Shown here: positions 50,300 to 62,041 of the stretch, one piece after another | Layout of the letters: every line of letters starts with the position of its first letter | Numbering within the stretch: position 1 is the stretch's first letter | Assembly (NCBI GenBank): GCA_965261395.1 | Contig: OZ253462.1 | Span: 1,024,001 to 1,088,000, forward strand | Direction of reading: 5' to 3' | DNA length: 64,000 nt | Origin: Candidatus Latescibacterota bacterium | GTDB lineage: Bacteria > Latescibacterota > UBA2968 > UBA8231 | Translations under genes and position numbers: made by a program | The notes under the pieces: model-generated | What the model saw: only the letters and a program-made list of their open reading frames with translations | Databases searched by the model: none | Told to the model about the DNA's origin: nothing

Positions 50300-52609
50300 T
50301 TAGTAGCTCAGGCCGATGCTGCGGACCAAGGTGCGGGTGGCGGAGTCGCCAGCGATCTGCACGCGGAAGAGGTAGAGGCCGGGCCGGGCCATCGCGCCGG
50401 AGTCGCGGCGGCCGTCCCAAGTTAGCTGATAGTGGCCTGCCACGCCGCCGGCGTCTCGCAGCGTGCGGACTAGCCGGCCGCGCAGGTCGTAGATGTGGGC
50501 TTCAATGGGGCGGGCGTCGAGGACCTTGAGCACGTCGAAAGAGATGGCGAGCGCGTCGTTGACGCCGTCGCCGTTGGGGGTAAAAATCCCCGCGCCTAAG
50601 TATAGGCGCGTGAGCAAGCTGCCGTCCACGGGCAGCGAGACCGCATCTCCTGCTCCCGCTAAGTCGGGAACTGCATCGCCCGGATTGACCTGCTGACGTA
50701 GCGTGTCAAGCCCGCTTTCGCGCTCTAGAAAGGCGCGGAAGCGGGTATTGTTTTGGAAGACGGTGGCGGCGAAATCTAACTCGACGCGCTCGGCGGCCGC
50801 GATTCGCTCGGGCAAGTGCAGGCGAAGGCCCGCATCCGTCTTTTCCACTTCGGCGTCGATTGCCGCGCCGTCGATTTGCAGGGTGCGGAACGCGAGGGGC
50901 ACCGAGGCTTCGAGGGCGATGGCCTCAAAGCCCTGACTGTCGCGGGCGAATTCTGGGCGGAGGAAGTACGTGAAATCGGTTTGCTCTCCTGGCTCAACTC
51001 GCGTCGGCTGGACTTCGCCGACCGCGGTGCGCGCCAAAGGACGGGAATAGATCAAAGCAAGCGCGTCGAGGGCAATGCCAGCCTGCGGGTTGTCGGCGTG
51101 CAGCTCGGCTTCGAGCTGCACGTAGCGCCGGGGCGACGGTGAGCGGAAGCGGGTGCCCGTATGGATGTATTCCTCGCTCCACACGCTCCAACCATCGCCC
51201 GGTTGGAGCGTGGTTTCGATGGGGCCGCGGAACGAGGCGATCAGCTTTTCGTAGCGCCTTTTGGTAATCTCTTTGCCGTTTTTGTCGAAATAGCGCATCT
51301 CCTCGACGACGTGGTCGCCGGTGCGGCTGCGCAAGGCGAATTGGGCCCCGAGCGGCGCGTCAATGTCCCACTCGATTTCGGTGATGTTCCAATTGGTGCC
51401 GAGGTCGATAACGGGCGAGCGGAGGACGACGCGGGCCGGGTACCCCTCGCCGTACACTTGGAATTCGCTAACTAGGCCCAGCCCGTCCAAGCGGCCGGTG
51501 TTGTCGAGAGCGCTGCCCGACAGGCCGCCGCCGATGATGTTGCCGCCTTGGCTAGTGGGATAGATCAAACGCAGGTAGCGGGCGGCGATTAGGGGGACAT
51601 CGTGGCGAAAATTGCGCACGTCGAAGAGGTTGCGGAGGTCGAGGGGAATGGAGGCCAACGCCTGCCAGGCCAGCGATCCGTCGGGTGCCAGCGATCCGTC
51701 GGAGTACTGCATCTGATAGGCGAGGAAGTTGGCGTAGGACTGCCGCAGCCGCGGCGGAATGCCCAGCGGCTCACCCAAGAGCCAGACCGAATCGATCCAA
51801 TAGGTCGCCCCTAGATCAATGCGGTAGTCGCCGAAGGTCTCGCTGCCGCCGCTGGAGCCTTTGGCAAGGGGGTTGACGCGCCACATGGTCGAGAGATCGC
51901 CGTCGAACATGACGGAAGGAATGCCGGCCACCGCGACGATGGCGGCCTCGACGTCGACGCTGCCGCCTTTGGCAATCAGATCAAAGGCGATATTGTCGCC
52001 AAAGGCCTTGATTTGGATTTCGGCGAGCGCGGGCGCACCGGTCATCTCGCGAGTGGCCTCAATGCGGAGGACTTGAACGAGCTCGTCGTCGAGGTCGATC
52101 GTCACGTCGCGCACCTCGTTGAAGGCAAAGCGCTTGCTGTGGCTGTAGATTAGGGTGCCTTCGACGACGACGTTGGCACTGTTGATAAAGCGCTCGCCCT
52201 TGGAGAGTGAGAGGGTAAAAAAGGGCAGGGGTGGCGCGTTGTCGGCGAAGCGCAGGCGAATCTGTTGGACGGGAAACACCTGCCCCAAGTCGATCTCGAG
52301 CCACCAGTCGTTTGGGACCGTGCCCGGCGGTGGACCCCAGCTAGTGGCGAGGTCGCCGTCAAAGGCGCGGGCAGCGGTAGATTGTGCCGCTCCGGCCCCA
52401 CGAACAGCAGCCTCAGAGAGCGGATCAATGTCTTTGCCGACCCGCACCGGCCGCAGCGAGCCTGCTTCGTCTAAGCGCAGGACGCCGGCGGGATACACCC
52501 AGTTTTCCCATATATCTGCCGAAGTCATAACTAGCCGCTCGGAAAGAATGGGACTGCTGAATGGCACGAGCATGCACAGTGCTAAGGGCAAGAGGCGGAA
52601 TGGCGACAC
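50300..52609 (-). CDS. Secreted discoidin-like/FlgD Ig-domain protein
   Basis: Signal peptide; WWLEIDLG; RSRTG...WSVWS; FTPNGDGVND...WDGR...PGLY. Confidence 0.8.
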   Translation of the reverse strand: MSPFRLLPLALCMLVPFSSPILSERLVMTSADIWENWVYPAGVLRLDEAGSLRPVRVGKDIDPLSEAAVRGAGAAQSTAARAFDGDLATSWGPPPGTVPNDWWLEIDLGQVFPVQQIRLRFADNAPPLPFFTLSLSKGERFINSANVVVEGTLIYSHSKRFAFNEVRDVTIDLDDELVQVLRIEATREMTGAPALAEIQIKAFGDNIAFDLIAKGGSVDVEAAIVAVAGIPSVMFDGDLSTMWRVNPLAKGSSGGSETFGDYRIDLGATYWIDSVWLLGEPLGIPPRLRQSYANFLAYQMQYSDGSLAPDGSLAWQALASIPLDLRNLFDVRNFRHDVPLIAARYLRLIYPTSQGGNIIGGGLSGSALDNTGRLDGLGLVSEFQVYGEGYPARVVLRSPVIDLGTNWNITEIEWDIDAPLGAQFALRSRTGDHVVEEMRYFDKNGKEITKRRYEKLIASFRGPIETTLQPGDGWSVWSEEYIHTGTRFRSPSPRRYVQLEAELHADNPQAGIALDALALIYSRPLARTAVGEVQPTRVEPGEQTDFTYFLRPEFARDSQGFEAIALEASVPLAFRTLQIDGAAIDAEVEKTDAGLRLHLPERIAAAERVELDFAATVFQNNTRFRAFLERESGLDTLRQQVNPGDAVPDLAGAGDAVSLPVDGSLLTRLYLGAGIFTPNGDGVNDALAISFDVLKVLDARPIEAHIYDLRGRLVRTLRDAGGVAGHYQLTWDGRRDSGAMARPGLYLFRVQIAGDSATRTLVRSIGLSY

Positions 52610-52825
52610 GGGCGATCTGCTGTTTTTTTGTAGGAAGAGCGCGGCTCAAACGCCGGATATAAAATATATTGAATTTAGGATTGCTTCATCCTACAAGCGA
52701 AAACGGACCGGCACGATCCGGCTTTATGGGAGCGCGTGGAGGAACTATTGGTATTATTATTATGGTTGTCGAGGATATATTGACTTGGAAAAATAGCCGA
52801 AGTTTTGTCGCGGGCGAAGACACAG

Positions 52826-53578
52826 ATGTTCAAGCGCAGTAACATTACCGTAATCATCATTCCGGAAAAGGGTCGCAAGACCTTTGAGTTTAAGATCTCC
52901 GGCACACGCGTGTGGTTGCTGGGGTTGTGCTGCGTCGCCTTGCTTGTGTTCATGCCCCTGGGGCTTAGCTCCTATCTCGACCGGCGCGAGCTAGCGCAGA
53001 AGGCGGCACAGCTAGAGCAGGACAAGGCCCTGCTCGAAGAGCAAGTAGGCCAGATAGATCAGCTCGAAGAAATGCTGGTCCGGCTCAAGCACGGCAACGA
53101 TCAGTTGCGCTCCATCTTAGGCAAGCCCGAAGCACTAGACGAGGCGGCGACGCAGCTCAGCGCAGCTCCCCCTTATATCTCCTCCATGCAGCGGCTGTGT
53201 TGGGGCAACGTGCATACCGTCCCCACTTTGTGGCCGTCGCGCGGGCCAGTGCTTAGGCCCTTTAGCGAGGAGCACCCCTCGGTTGTTATTGCTGCGGCCG
53301 CGGGCAGCTCGGTAAGGGCCAGTGCCGCGGGCCAAGTGATGCAAGCGGGCTACGAAGAGGACCTCGGCTACGTAGTGATTCTCGACCATGGCAATGGTCT
53401 ACTGACCCAATACGGATACAACGCTCACCTGCTCGTCGATGTGGGGGACCACGTGCTCAAGGGGCAGTCTATCGCGCTCTTGGACAGGGGACGTGGATCT
53501 CGGAGGCCGGGGTTGCACTACGCCGTTCGAGAGGATGGGCAGTTCCGCGACCCCTTGATCTACCGATTGTGGATGTGA
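52826..53578 (+). CDS. M23/LytM-domain protein with TM helix and coiled coil; Zn ligands degenerate
   Basis: PTLWP, G.VVILDHGNG, V.KGQ.IA; HPSVV replaces HxxxD and PGLH replaces HxH. Confidence 0.78.
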   Translation: MFKRSNITVIIIPEKGRKTFEFKISGTRVWLLGLCCVALLVFMPLGLSSYLDRRELAQKAAQLEQDKALLEEQVGQIDQLEEMLVRLKHGNDQLRSILGKPEALDEAATQLSAAPPYISSMQRLCWGNVHTVPTLWPSRGPVLRPFSEEHPSVVIAAAAGSSVRASAAGQVMQAGYEEDLGYVVILDHGNGLLTQYGYNAHLLVDVGDHVLKGQSIALLDRGRGSRRPGLHYAVREDGQFRDPLIYRLWM

Positions 53579-53594
53579 GAAGGGGTAGGACAAA

Positions 53595-53629
53595 AAAAGG
53601 CTCGCTGCCAAAGAAGCAGCGAGCCTTTT
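53595..53629. terminator. Bidirectional intrinsic terminator
   Basis: AAAAGGCTCGCTGC-loop-GCAGCGAGCCTTTT between convergent genes. Confidence 0.85.
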
Positions 53630-53648
53630 CTATTTGCGAGAGGAAGAG

Positions 53649-55307
<1,659 letters not shown>

Positions 55308-55346
55308 TTAGTGGTGAATGGATGAAAAGTTCATTTCCACAAGAAT

Positions 55347-55373
55347 TTGGCACTCAAAAAAAGAGAGTGCCAA
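55347..55373. promoter_or_regulatory. CIRCE (HrcA operator)
   Basis: TTGGCACTC-N9-GAGTGCCAA upstream of groEL. Confidence 0.9.
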
Positions 55374-55575
55374 AAATCAAAGCTGAGTGGTTGAATATAG
55401 AAAATACGTCGTTTTTATGCAAGAATAATCTCTGTCTGGATCGTGCATGAATGAAACGCGTGTTTGCCTAATGCACGGGCGAGGATCGATGCGGTGGGGG
55501 TGGCCCATTGAGAGCGGAAGTAATGCGTATCGCCAGCCTATAGATACCCGTGAGCCGAAGCGGGTGTCGCCATGG

Positions 55576-58339
55576 TCATCGAGGAACTACGACGACCTCG
55601 CTAGCCGAAGAGCAGTTGTTTTGGATATCGCTCTCGCCACTGACGGGCTGTACACAGGCACCATAGTAGTAGGTCCCCGGACTCGACGGTGCTGTCAGCC
55701 GGATCAATTTGAAAATCGTGCTTGGGGCGGCCAATCCGCTCACCGTGCCCGTGCCTACCTCGGTGTCGTCGGTGGTGATCGTCGAGTCGGTAGAGAGATA
55801 GTAGCGCACTGTCGTCGGTGGTGCCGGTGCGTTACCTCGGTTGTGGATCGCGACCGACAGAGTGAAGGATTGGCTTGAGGCTGGGTTGGGCGGGTTCACC
55901 GAAGGCGACGCGGCTACCAGATCTGGGGCGTCTGGGACGGCGATGTCTAAAGCCAAGCCTACCGGTTCACTCAATCCGGTGACGAGGTCCTCGACCCGGG
56001 TCCCGTCTAGGTTTGCGCGCTGAATTTTGTTAGTTCCTATGTCCGTCCAATACACCTTGGCTCCGGCCGGGTCGAGAGCCAGTCCTTTTCTTGGTCTACC
56101 CAATCCGTCCAGTACATCTTACCCCCGGTGACATCCAAAGCCAAGCCGCTTGGAGTCTCTAACCCAGCGGTGACGAGGTCTTCGATCTGGGAACCGTCTA
56201 GGTTTGCCCGCTGGATCTTTCCAGTTCCCCAATCCGTCCAGTACATCTTACCTTGGCTCTCGGGTACGGGCACTGTCACTTTCACCCCGAAGGTCCGCGT
56301 GGTGGTCGCGCCGCTGGCATCACTCGCCGTCACCGTCACCGTGGCGTCCCCCAGCCTTACCGGGCTGATCGTCAACTGGTGGCCGGACACGCTCACCGTC
56401 GCCACGCTGGGGGAGTCCGACTGCGCCTCATAGATGACTTCAGTCCCTTCTGGGTCGCGGGCGACCAAGTCAATGCGAAGGAGTTCTCCCTCTGCAACAC
56501 TCTGCTTGCCGATGCCGTCTAGCACCGGCGGGCGATTCACACGGACCTCCGGCATGTCGGCCAAGTCTAGGGCCAGACCCCGTGGAGAGCGCAGTCCAGT
56601 GGCGAGGAGTTCTTCGACTTGGGACCCGTCGAGGTTGGCCCGGAGGATCCTGCCAATGCTCTCATCCGACCAAGCGCCTTCCGTCCAGTACATCTTCCCC
56701 TCGGAAAGCACTAGGACGAGGCTCCCTGTATTATTCGGTCTCCTGATGAGTTCTTCGACTTGTGATCCGTCGAAGTTGGCGCGCTGAATCTTGTTCGTGA
56801 TCCAATCCGCCCAGTACATCTTGCCTTCGGCCACGTCCAGAGCCAGTCCCCATGGGCCTCTCAATCCGGTGGTTATGAGAGCTTCGACTCGTGAGCCATC
56901 GAGATTCGCCCGATGGATCTTATTCGTTCCGTAGTCCGTCCAGTACATCTTTTCTCCGGCGACATCTAGGGCCAGACCAGCTATCTGAAATAATCCGGTA
57001 GTGATGAGATCTTCGACCTGGGATCCGTCTAGATTTGCCCGCTGAGTCTTGGGCCCCCTCCAACTGGCGTTCGCCCAGTACATCTTTCCTCCGGCCACGT
57101 CCAGGGCTAGGCTCCATATACTGTATAATCCAGTCACAAGGTCTTCGATTTGGGATCCGTCGAGATTGGCGCGCTTGATTTTGTCGGTGAGCCTGTCCGT
57201 CCAGTACATCTTTCCTCCGGCCACGTCCAGAGCGAGGTCCGTCGGCTCCTCCAATCCGGTGGTGACGAGATCCTCGACCTGGGACCCGTCTAGGTCCGCC
57301 CGCTGAATCTTAGCCGTCCACCGGTCCACCCAGTACATCTTGCCCTCGGCGACAACGACCACCGGGGTGCCGATTCCCGGCGGCAACGAAGGGTCGGTCG
57401 GATTGACGCTATAAGTGGCGATGAGATAAGCGTCGGTGATGTCGATGCGGCCGTCGCGATTCACATCGCCTAGGGAGATGTCGCCATTGTTTGGGATGGT
57501 GATGGAGGGATCGAGGCTGTACAACCCCACTAGAATAGAAGCGCGTCAAAAATGTCAACTTGGCCATTGGCATCTACGTCGCCCCAGATCCTGTCACTTG
57601 TGGTCACCTTCATCGCGGCCGGGCTGGTGGCGCTGTCTCGTGCTTCGACTACTATCTCCACTGGCCCGACGCCGGTCCGGAAATCCGGGTCCACATGGGT
57701 GAGCACATCGCGGCCCGAGACGGTCAGCCCGTAGGTCGGCTCGGGTGCCGCTAATCTTGTCGGAGGTTCGGCGGCGACCGCCGCTCCCGGAGCACTGACT
57801 GGACCATCGATGAGCACCATCCGCCGGGTCTCACTTGGTCCGGTCCCACGAATGCGGTAGAGATAAAGCCCCGCCGCCACAGCGCGACCGGCTGCATCTG
57901 TGCCGTGCCAAGTCGTCGTGTGCCAGCCGGCTGGCTGTTCCCCATCTACCAAGGTAGCGACGTGTTGCCCAAGCACATTGAAGACCTCCAGCCGCACGTG
58001 AGTCAGTGCCGGTAGCTGGTAGGGGATAATCGTCGAAGGATTGAAAGGATTGGGATAATTCTGTAGTAGCGCGAAGCCTTGAGGTTGGGCGTCGGCTGAG
58101 CGGGGAGCGGCCAACGCAAAGTACCCTTCCTCATTCGCAGTGGTGCCGACCGAGTGGCGCGGATCGATTAGATCGAAAAGCCGCACCTGCACTCCGGCCG
58201 CCGGCTGCCCGGAAGCCAGCCGCACCCAGCCCTCAAGCTGCGGCTCGGGTGCTATCGCCCCACTGCGCCCGCTCAACAACACCAGCCCGAGGAGACCTCC
58301 GATCACCAAGTTCACAACTTGCTGACTCCGTGCGCTCAT
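55576..58339 (-). pseudogene. Secreted FlgD-Ig / dockerin-like / YWTD (LDL-receptor class B) / Ig / CARDB protein split into three frames
   Basis: QNYPNPFN; GDVDANG and GDVNRDG; at least eight K(M/V)YW(T/A/V) repeats; 5-bp duplication at 57531-57540; out-of-frame junction near 56086. Confidence 0.82.
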
Positions 58340-58401
58340 AGCTTCTAGCTCCTTGTTGTCCACACCCAAAGGAGCAGTGCAGATGATGTGTGTATTGAAT
58401 A

Positions 58402-59205
58402 CTAATCGAGCAAGCTCTGAAGCTCGGGTGGCAAGCCTTGGCGCAATGAGTCGGGAAAGTCGTCGCGGTACTTGGTTCTGCGCACCAGTTCCACTAAGCG
58501 AGCCGCTGAGGGGTGGTAGAACGAGGTGAAATATACGTAGCGGGGCCGATCCGTCCGGTTGGGAGAACTGGCGTGATAACACAGGGGATTGAAGACGATG
58601 AGGTCTCCATCGTTGGCGCAAATTTCGATGCCGTCGTCGTCATTTGCTTCGGGGACTGAGGCGGTGTGACTGTGAATGGGTTGCCGTCCCTCCGGTCGCT
58701 CTGCATTATCGCTGGCTTCAAGAGACAACTTGTGTGAGCCGGGCACGATCATAAACGCGGCCCCTCCGGCGGAAACCGTGCTACAGTAATGCAGCATCTG
58801 GTAATAGACCTGCCGCGGTCTGGCTGCAAACTCTGCGCGGCAAAAGGCTGCGTCAATGTGCCATTGTGGAGCTTGGTATGGCGGCGGCGAAGGATCGCTG
58901 CGGATGAAAACTTGTTCGCGCATGCGAAGATCGCGCGACCCGATCAATGTTGCAGCGAGTTCGAGGGTCGCAGGATTGTTCACTAAGCGGGACATGATCG
59001 CCCCTGGAATGGGATGCCGCAGACCGTGCCTAGCGGCGTTGTGATCACCGGACACAATGGGGCCTACGAGGCTGTCGATATGAGCGCGAACTGCGGCAGT
59101 GGTAGCGCGGTCGAGGTACTCGGGGAACACGGTGTACCCTTGGATCTCCAACTCCTGCAACCGGGTGCTGAGATCAGTCAACTCGGGATAGGCGTCGCTC
59201 TCCAT
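58402..59205 (-). CDS. Phytanoyl-CoA dioxygenase-family protein (canonical HxD)
   Basis: QGYTV, WHID, VPGSHK, GDLIVF...YH...N...R. Confidence 0.85.
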   Translation of the reverse strand: MESDAYPELTDLSTRLQELEIQGYTVFPEYLDRATTAAVRAHIDSLVGPIVSGDHNAARHGLRHPIPGAIMSRLVNNPATLELAATLIGSRDLRMREQVFIRSDPSPPPYQAPQWHIDAAFCRAEFAARPRQVYYQMLHYCSTVSAGGAAFMIVPGSHKLSLEASDNAERPEGRQPIHSHTASVPEANDDDGIEICANDGDLIVFNPLCYHASSPNRTDRPRYVYFTSFYHPSAARLVELVRRTKYRDDFPDSLRQGLPPELQSLLD

Positions 59206-59409
59206 GGTCGAATTCTCCCTACTTTCTCAGGAATTGGTTTGTTACTGCTGAAAGGAATCCAGCAGTGATCTGACGAGCATGAGCGGTTCCTTGGCGAAGA
59301 AAGTATATTGTGAGAGGCGATTGGGGAAAAGGCTTTACACGGCATACTTCTAACCCAGATTCTGCCTCCGAGCCAGTCCCTTAGTCGGCTTAAAAAAAGA
59401 AACCACCTA

Positions 59410-60087
59410 ATGCATGAAACGCGCGTTTGCCGAGTCGGGCGGATCGATTTCGCTCGGGCTTGGGCTTGGCAAGAGTCGTTGCGCCAATTGCGGCGCGCCG
59501 AGCAAATTCCGGACACGCTGATGCTGGTCGAGCACCCGCCAACGTATACTGGCGGACGGGCGACGCTACCCGAGCATCTCCTAACCCAGGGGCTAGATGT
59601 GGTCGCGATTGACCGCGGGGGCAGCGTGACGTTTCACGGGCCGGGCCAGATCGTGGCCTATCCGATCGTCGATCTGCGCCAGCGCGGTCGGGACGTACAT
59701 CAGTACTTGCGCGATTTGGAGGCCGTGCTGATCCGCACGTTGGGTGTCTATGGTTTGGAGGGAGAGGCACGTCGCGGCTTGACGGGCGCTTGGGTCGGCT
59801 CGTCCAAGGTGGCGTCGATCGGCGTCAACGTGCGGCACTGGATCACGACACACGGTCTGGCCCTGAATGTGGCTACCGACTTGAGCCACTTTGCGGCGAT
59901 CAAGCCCTGCGGCTTGGGGAGCGAGGAGATAACTACGATGGCCGCGCTTTTGGGACACGCGTTGGATCGGAGCGAAGTCGAGTCCGAACTTTTGCGCGCC
60001 TATGCCGACGTATTCGCTTGCGAGTTGGTCGAGGTCGAGCGCAGCGCCTTGGCGGCTTGCATTGGCCGTCTCGAGTGGAATCCTTAG
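59410..60087 (+). CDS. lipB: Octanoyltransferase
   Basis: EHPPTYT, RGGSVTFHGPGQ, KVASIG, HGLALN, PCG. Confidence 0.93.
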   Translation: MHETRVCRVGRIDFARAWAWQESLRQLRRAEQIPDTLMLVEHPPTYTGGRATLPEHLLTQGLDVVAIDRGGSVTFHGPGQIVAYPIVDLRQRGRDVHQYLRDLEAVLIRTLGVYGLEGEARRGLTGAWVGSSKVASIGVNVRHWITTHGLALNVATDLSHFAAIKPCGLGSEEITTMAALLGHALDRSEVESELLRAYADVFACELVEVERSALAACIGRLEWNP

Positions 60088-60186
60088 ATTCAAAAGCCGC
60101 AACAGGCAGGCCCCGAGCGCAGCCACAGCGGTCGAACCGGGCCGATTATTCCTTAAACAAACAAAAGACACGAGGAGTTTTGTACT

Positions 60187-61440
60187 ATGGCCGATTGGCA
60201 GCCCAAGGCCCCCGCAAATGGCGAAAAAATAACCTTAGTGGATGGCGCGCTCAGTGTTCCAGACCAGCCCATCATCCCCTTTATTGAAGGCGACGGCACT
60301 GGGCCGGATATCTGGGCAGCGGCCGTGCGAGTCTTTGACGCGGCGGTCGAGAAGGCGTATGGCGGTCAGCGGAGGATCGCTTGGATGGAGGTTTTGGCCG
60401 GTGGGAAGGCATTTGAGCAGACCGCTAGCTGGCTGCCCAACGCCACGGTGGAGGCCTTCAATACCTATCTGGTCGGCATCAAAGGGCCGCTGACGACGCC
60501 GGTCGGCGGCGGGATCCGCAGCCTCAACGTGGCTTTGCGCCAGATGCTCGACCTCTATGTGTGTCTGCGCCCCGTGCGCTACTTCAGCGGTGTGCCCTCG
60601 CCGGTGCGGCAACCCGAGCTGGTGGATATGGTCATCTTCCGCGAGAATACCGAAGACATCTACGCCGGGATCGAGTTTGAACAAGGCACGGACGACAACG
60701 CGCGCTTTAAGTCGCTGCTTGCAGAGCACTTCGCTGATCGCTACGGCAAGATTCGCTTTCCAGATACCGCTGGCTTGGGCGTCAAGCCGATCTCACAAGA
60801 GGGCACCGAGCGGCTGGTCCGCGCCGCCATTGACTACGCCGCTGCCCAAGGCCGCGATAGCGTCACCTTGGTACACAAAGGCAACATCATGAAGTTCACC
60901 GAAGGGGCCTTCCGCGACTGGGGCTACGAGGTGGCGCAAAAGGCCTATGGCGGCGAAGAGATCGACGGCGGCCCTTGGACTAGCATCGTCGTTGACGGCA
61001 CCCAAATCACCGTCAAAGATGTGATCGCCGACGCCTTTTTACAGCAGATCCTCACGCGTCCAGCCGAGTACTCGGTCATCGCTACGATGAACCTCAACGG
61101 CGATTACATCAGCGACGCGCTGGCCGCCTGCGTCGGCGGCATCGGCATCGCTCCGGGCGGGAACATCAACTACACCACTGGCCACGCCATCTTTGAGGCC
61201 ACCCACGGCACCGCTCCCAAATACGCTGGCCAAGACAAGGTCAACCCCGGTTCAGTGATCCTGTCGGGCGACATGATGCTCCGCCATTTGGGCTGGACCG
61301 AGGCGGCCGACCTGATCGTCAAGGGACTGGGGCAGACGATTGCGAGCCGGGTCGTCACCTACGACTTTGCGCGATTAATGGACGAGCCGACCGAGGTCAA
61401 GTGCTCGGAGTTCGGCACCGCAATTATCGAGAACATGTAG
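60187..61440 (+). CDS. icd: NADP-dependent isocitrate dehydrogenase
   Basis: [46 protein letters not shown]. Confidence 0.96.
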   Translation: MADWQPKAPANGEKITLVDGALSVPDQPIIPFIEGDGTGPDIWAAAVRVFDAAVEKAYGGQRRIAWMEVLAGGKAFEQTASWLPNATVEAFNTYLVGIKGPLTTPVGGGIRSLNVALRQMLDLYVCLRPVRYFSGVPSPVRQPELVDMVIFRENTEDIYAGIEFEQGTDDNARFKSLLAEHFADRYGKIRFPDTAGLGVKPISQEGTERLVRAAIDYAAAQGRDSVTLVHKGNIMKFTEGAFRDWGYEVAQKAYGGEEIDGGPWTSIVVDGTQITVKDVIADAFLQQILTRPAEYSVIATMNLNGDYISDALAACVGGIGIAPGGNINYTTGHAIFEATHGTAPKYAGQDKVNPGSVILSGDMMLRHLGWTEAADLIVKGLGQTIASRVVTYDFARLMDEPTEVKCSEFGTAIIENM

Positions 61441-61919
61441 TGGCCGACGCGCTTTCTCACCTCGACGAGCAGGGCCGCCTCAAGATGGTCGATATAGGCG
61501 GCAAGGAGCCGACGGCGCGGCGGGCGCGGGTGCGCGGCGAGATCCGCATGGACCGCGCGACGGCGCGGCTAATCGCTGAGCATAAAGTTGCCAAGGGCAG
61601 CGTCTTGGAAGCAGCGCGGCTGGCCGGGATCATGGCCGCCAAGCGCACGGGGGAGTTAATCCCCTTGTGCCACCCGCTCAACCTCACTGCGGTCAGCGTA
61701 GATTTGCACGTCGGCGAGGATCGGGTCGAAGTCGAGGCGGAGGCCAAAATTGACGACCGCACGGGCGTGGAAATGGAGGCTTTGGTGGCGGCGAGCACGG
61801 CCCTTCTGACCATTTACGACATGTGCAAGGGCGTCGATCGCGGGATGGTGATTTCCGAGTTGCGACTAATGGAGAAGCGGGGAGGACGGAGCGGAACGTG
61901 GGTGCGGGAAGAGGGGTAG
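61440..61919 (+). CDS. moaC: Cyclic pyranopterin monophosphate synthase
   Basis: MVDIGGK, LIPLCHP, TGVEMEAL, IYDMCK. Confidence 0.95.
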   Translation: MADALSHLDEQGRLKMVDIGGKEPTARRARVRGEIRMDRATARLIAEHKVAKGSVLEAARLAGIMAAKRTGELIPLCHPLNLTAVSVDLHVGEDRVEVEAEAKIDDRTGVEMEALVAASTALLTIYDMCKGVDRGMVISELRLMEKRGGRSGTWVREEG

Positions 61920-62041
61920 GTTGAGCGAAAGTCGCGGAGAAGCCTACTTGGCGGATGCCTTTCTGCATCAGGCCACCTAACTGAAAGTCCGACTGAATTT
62001 TTAGGCAGTGCAACATCGCTATGTGCGTTTGACGCGTCGTC

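Noticed and set aside
58340-58621. Extended N-terminus of the 57530..58621 ORF overlapping the PhyH gene
   Set aside because: A better start with RBS and signal peptide exists at 58339
59206-59409. Possible riboswitch or ncRNA upstream of lipB (also 55440-55575)
   Set aside because: Only isolated short hairpins and no recognisable conserved motif; an Rfam scan would be needed
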